DNA of 64,000 nucleotides. Source: Camelus dromedarius. Lineage: Eukaryota. A program made the position numbers and the translations under genes. The notes under the pieces were generated by a model. It worked only from the letters and a program-made list of their open reading frames with translations, ran no database searches and was not told the DNA's origin. The stretch is taken from positions 50,780,001-50,844,000 of the forward strand of contig NC_087436.1 of the NCBI RefSeq assembly GCF_036321535.1, given 5' to 3'. Shown here one piece after another: positions 63,529-64,000 of this stretch (positions within the stretch are counted from its first letter, which is position 1; every line of letters begins with the position of its first letter).

Positions 63529-64000
63529 AAAACAGTATGGTACTAGCATAAAGTTCTACATGGCTTGCACACAGTTTCTTGTGGTCTAGAGGGCTACACC
63601 CCTGAAGAGCCTGTGTGCAGCCCACCTATAATCTAGGGGTCCACACAGAGCTGCCATTTCTCCTGCAAATAAAGTAGATTACCTGCACAAAAATAATAGG
63701 CAGATGGTCTGAAGAGCAAAAATGAAACATTTCTCAACAACAAAAGGGAAACAGAAGACAGTGGAATATTAACTTCAATATACTGAGAAGAAATTGCTAT
63801 CACCCTAGAATTCTGTGCCAAGGAAAATATCTTTTAAGAATAAGGATGAATGACATGGATAAATTTGAAAACCATTGTGCTGAGCAAAAGAAATAAAAAG
63901 ACTATAGTGTGTGATTCTATTTGCACAGCATCCAAGAAGAGACAAAATTAAACTATAATGCTGGAAGTCAGAACAGTGGTTACCTAGAAGGGGAGGAGTT

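Overview
Mammalian genomic DNA, very probably a camelid (three vic-1-type tRNA-derived SINEs). The window holds the complete UBE2D3 (UbcH5c) gene on the + strand: a CpG-island promoter (~28.65-31.6 kb) and seven coding exons joining to an intact 147-aa E2 enzyme. The gene also has a GC-AG intron, a duplicated alternative C-terminal exon and a long 3' UTR. The rest is mostly transposon remains (L1, L2, MIR, ERV-L, MaLR, hAT, Tigger). The most interesting unexplained structure is a minus-strand chain of exon-like blocks running away from the UBE2D3 promoter (~28.9 kb down to ~20 kb, possibly ~15.7 kb). These blocks have canonical splice sites, largely phase-compatible lengths and protein-like but broken frames. 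I infer a fossil multi-exon protein-coding gene head-to-head with UBE2D3, possibly surviving as a spliced lncRNA; I could not identify the parent protein. Repeat family names were assigned by eye and their boundaries are approximate.
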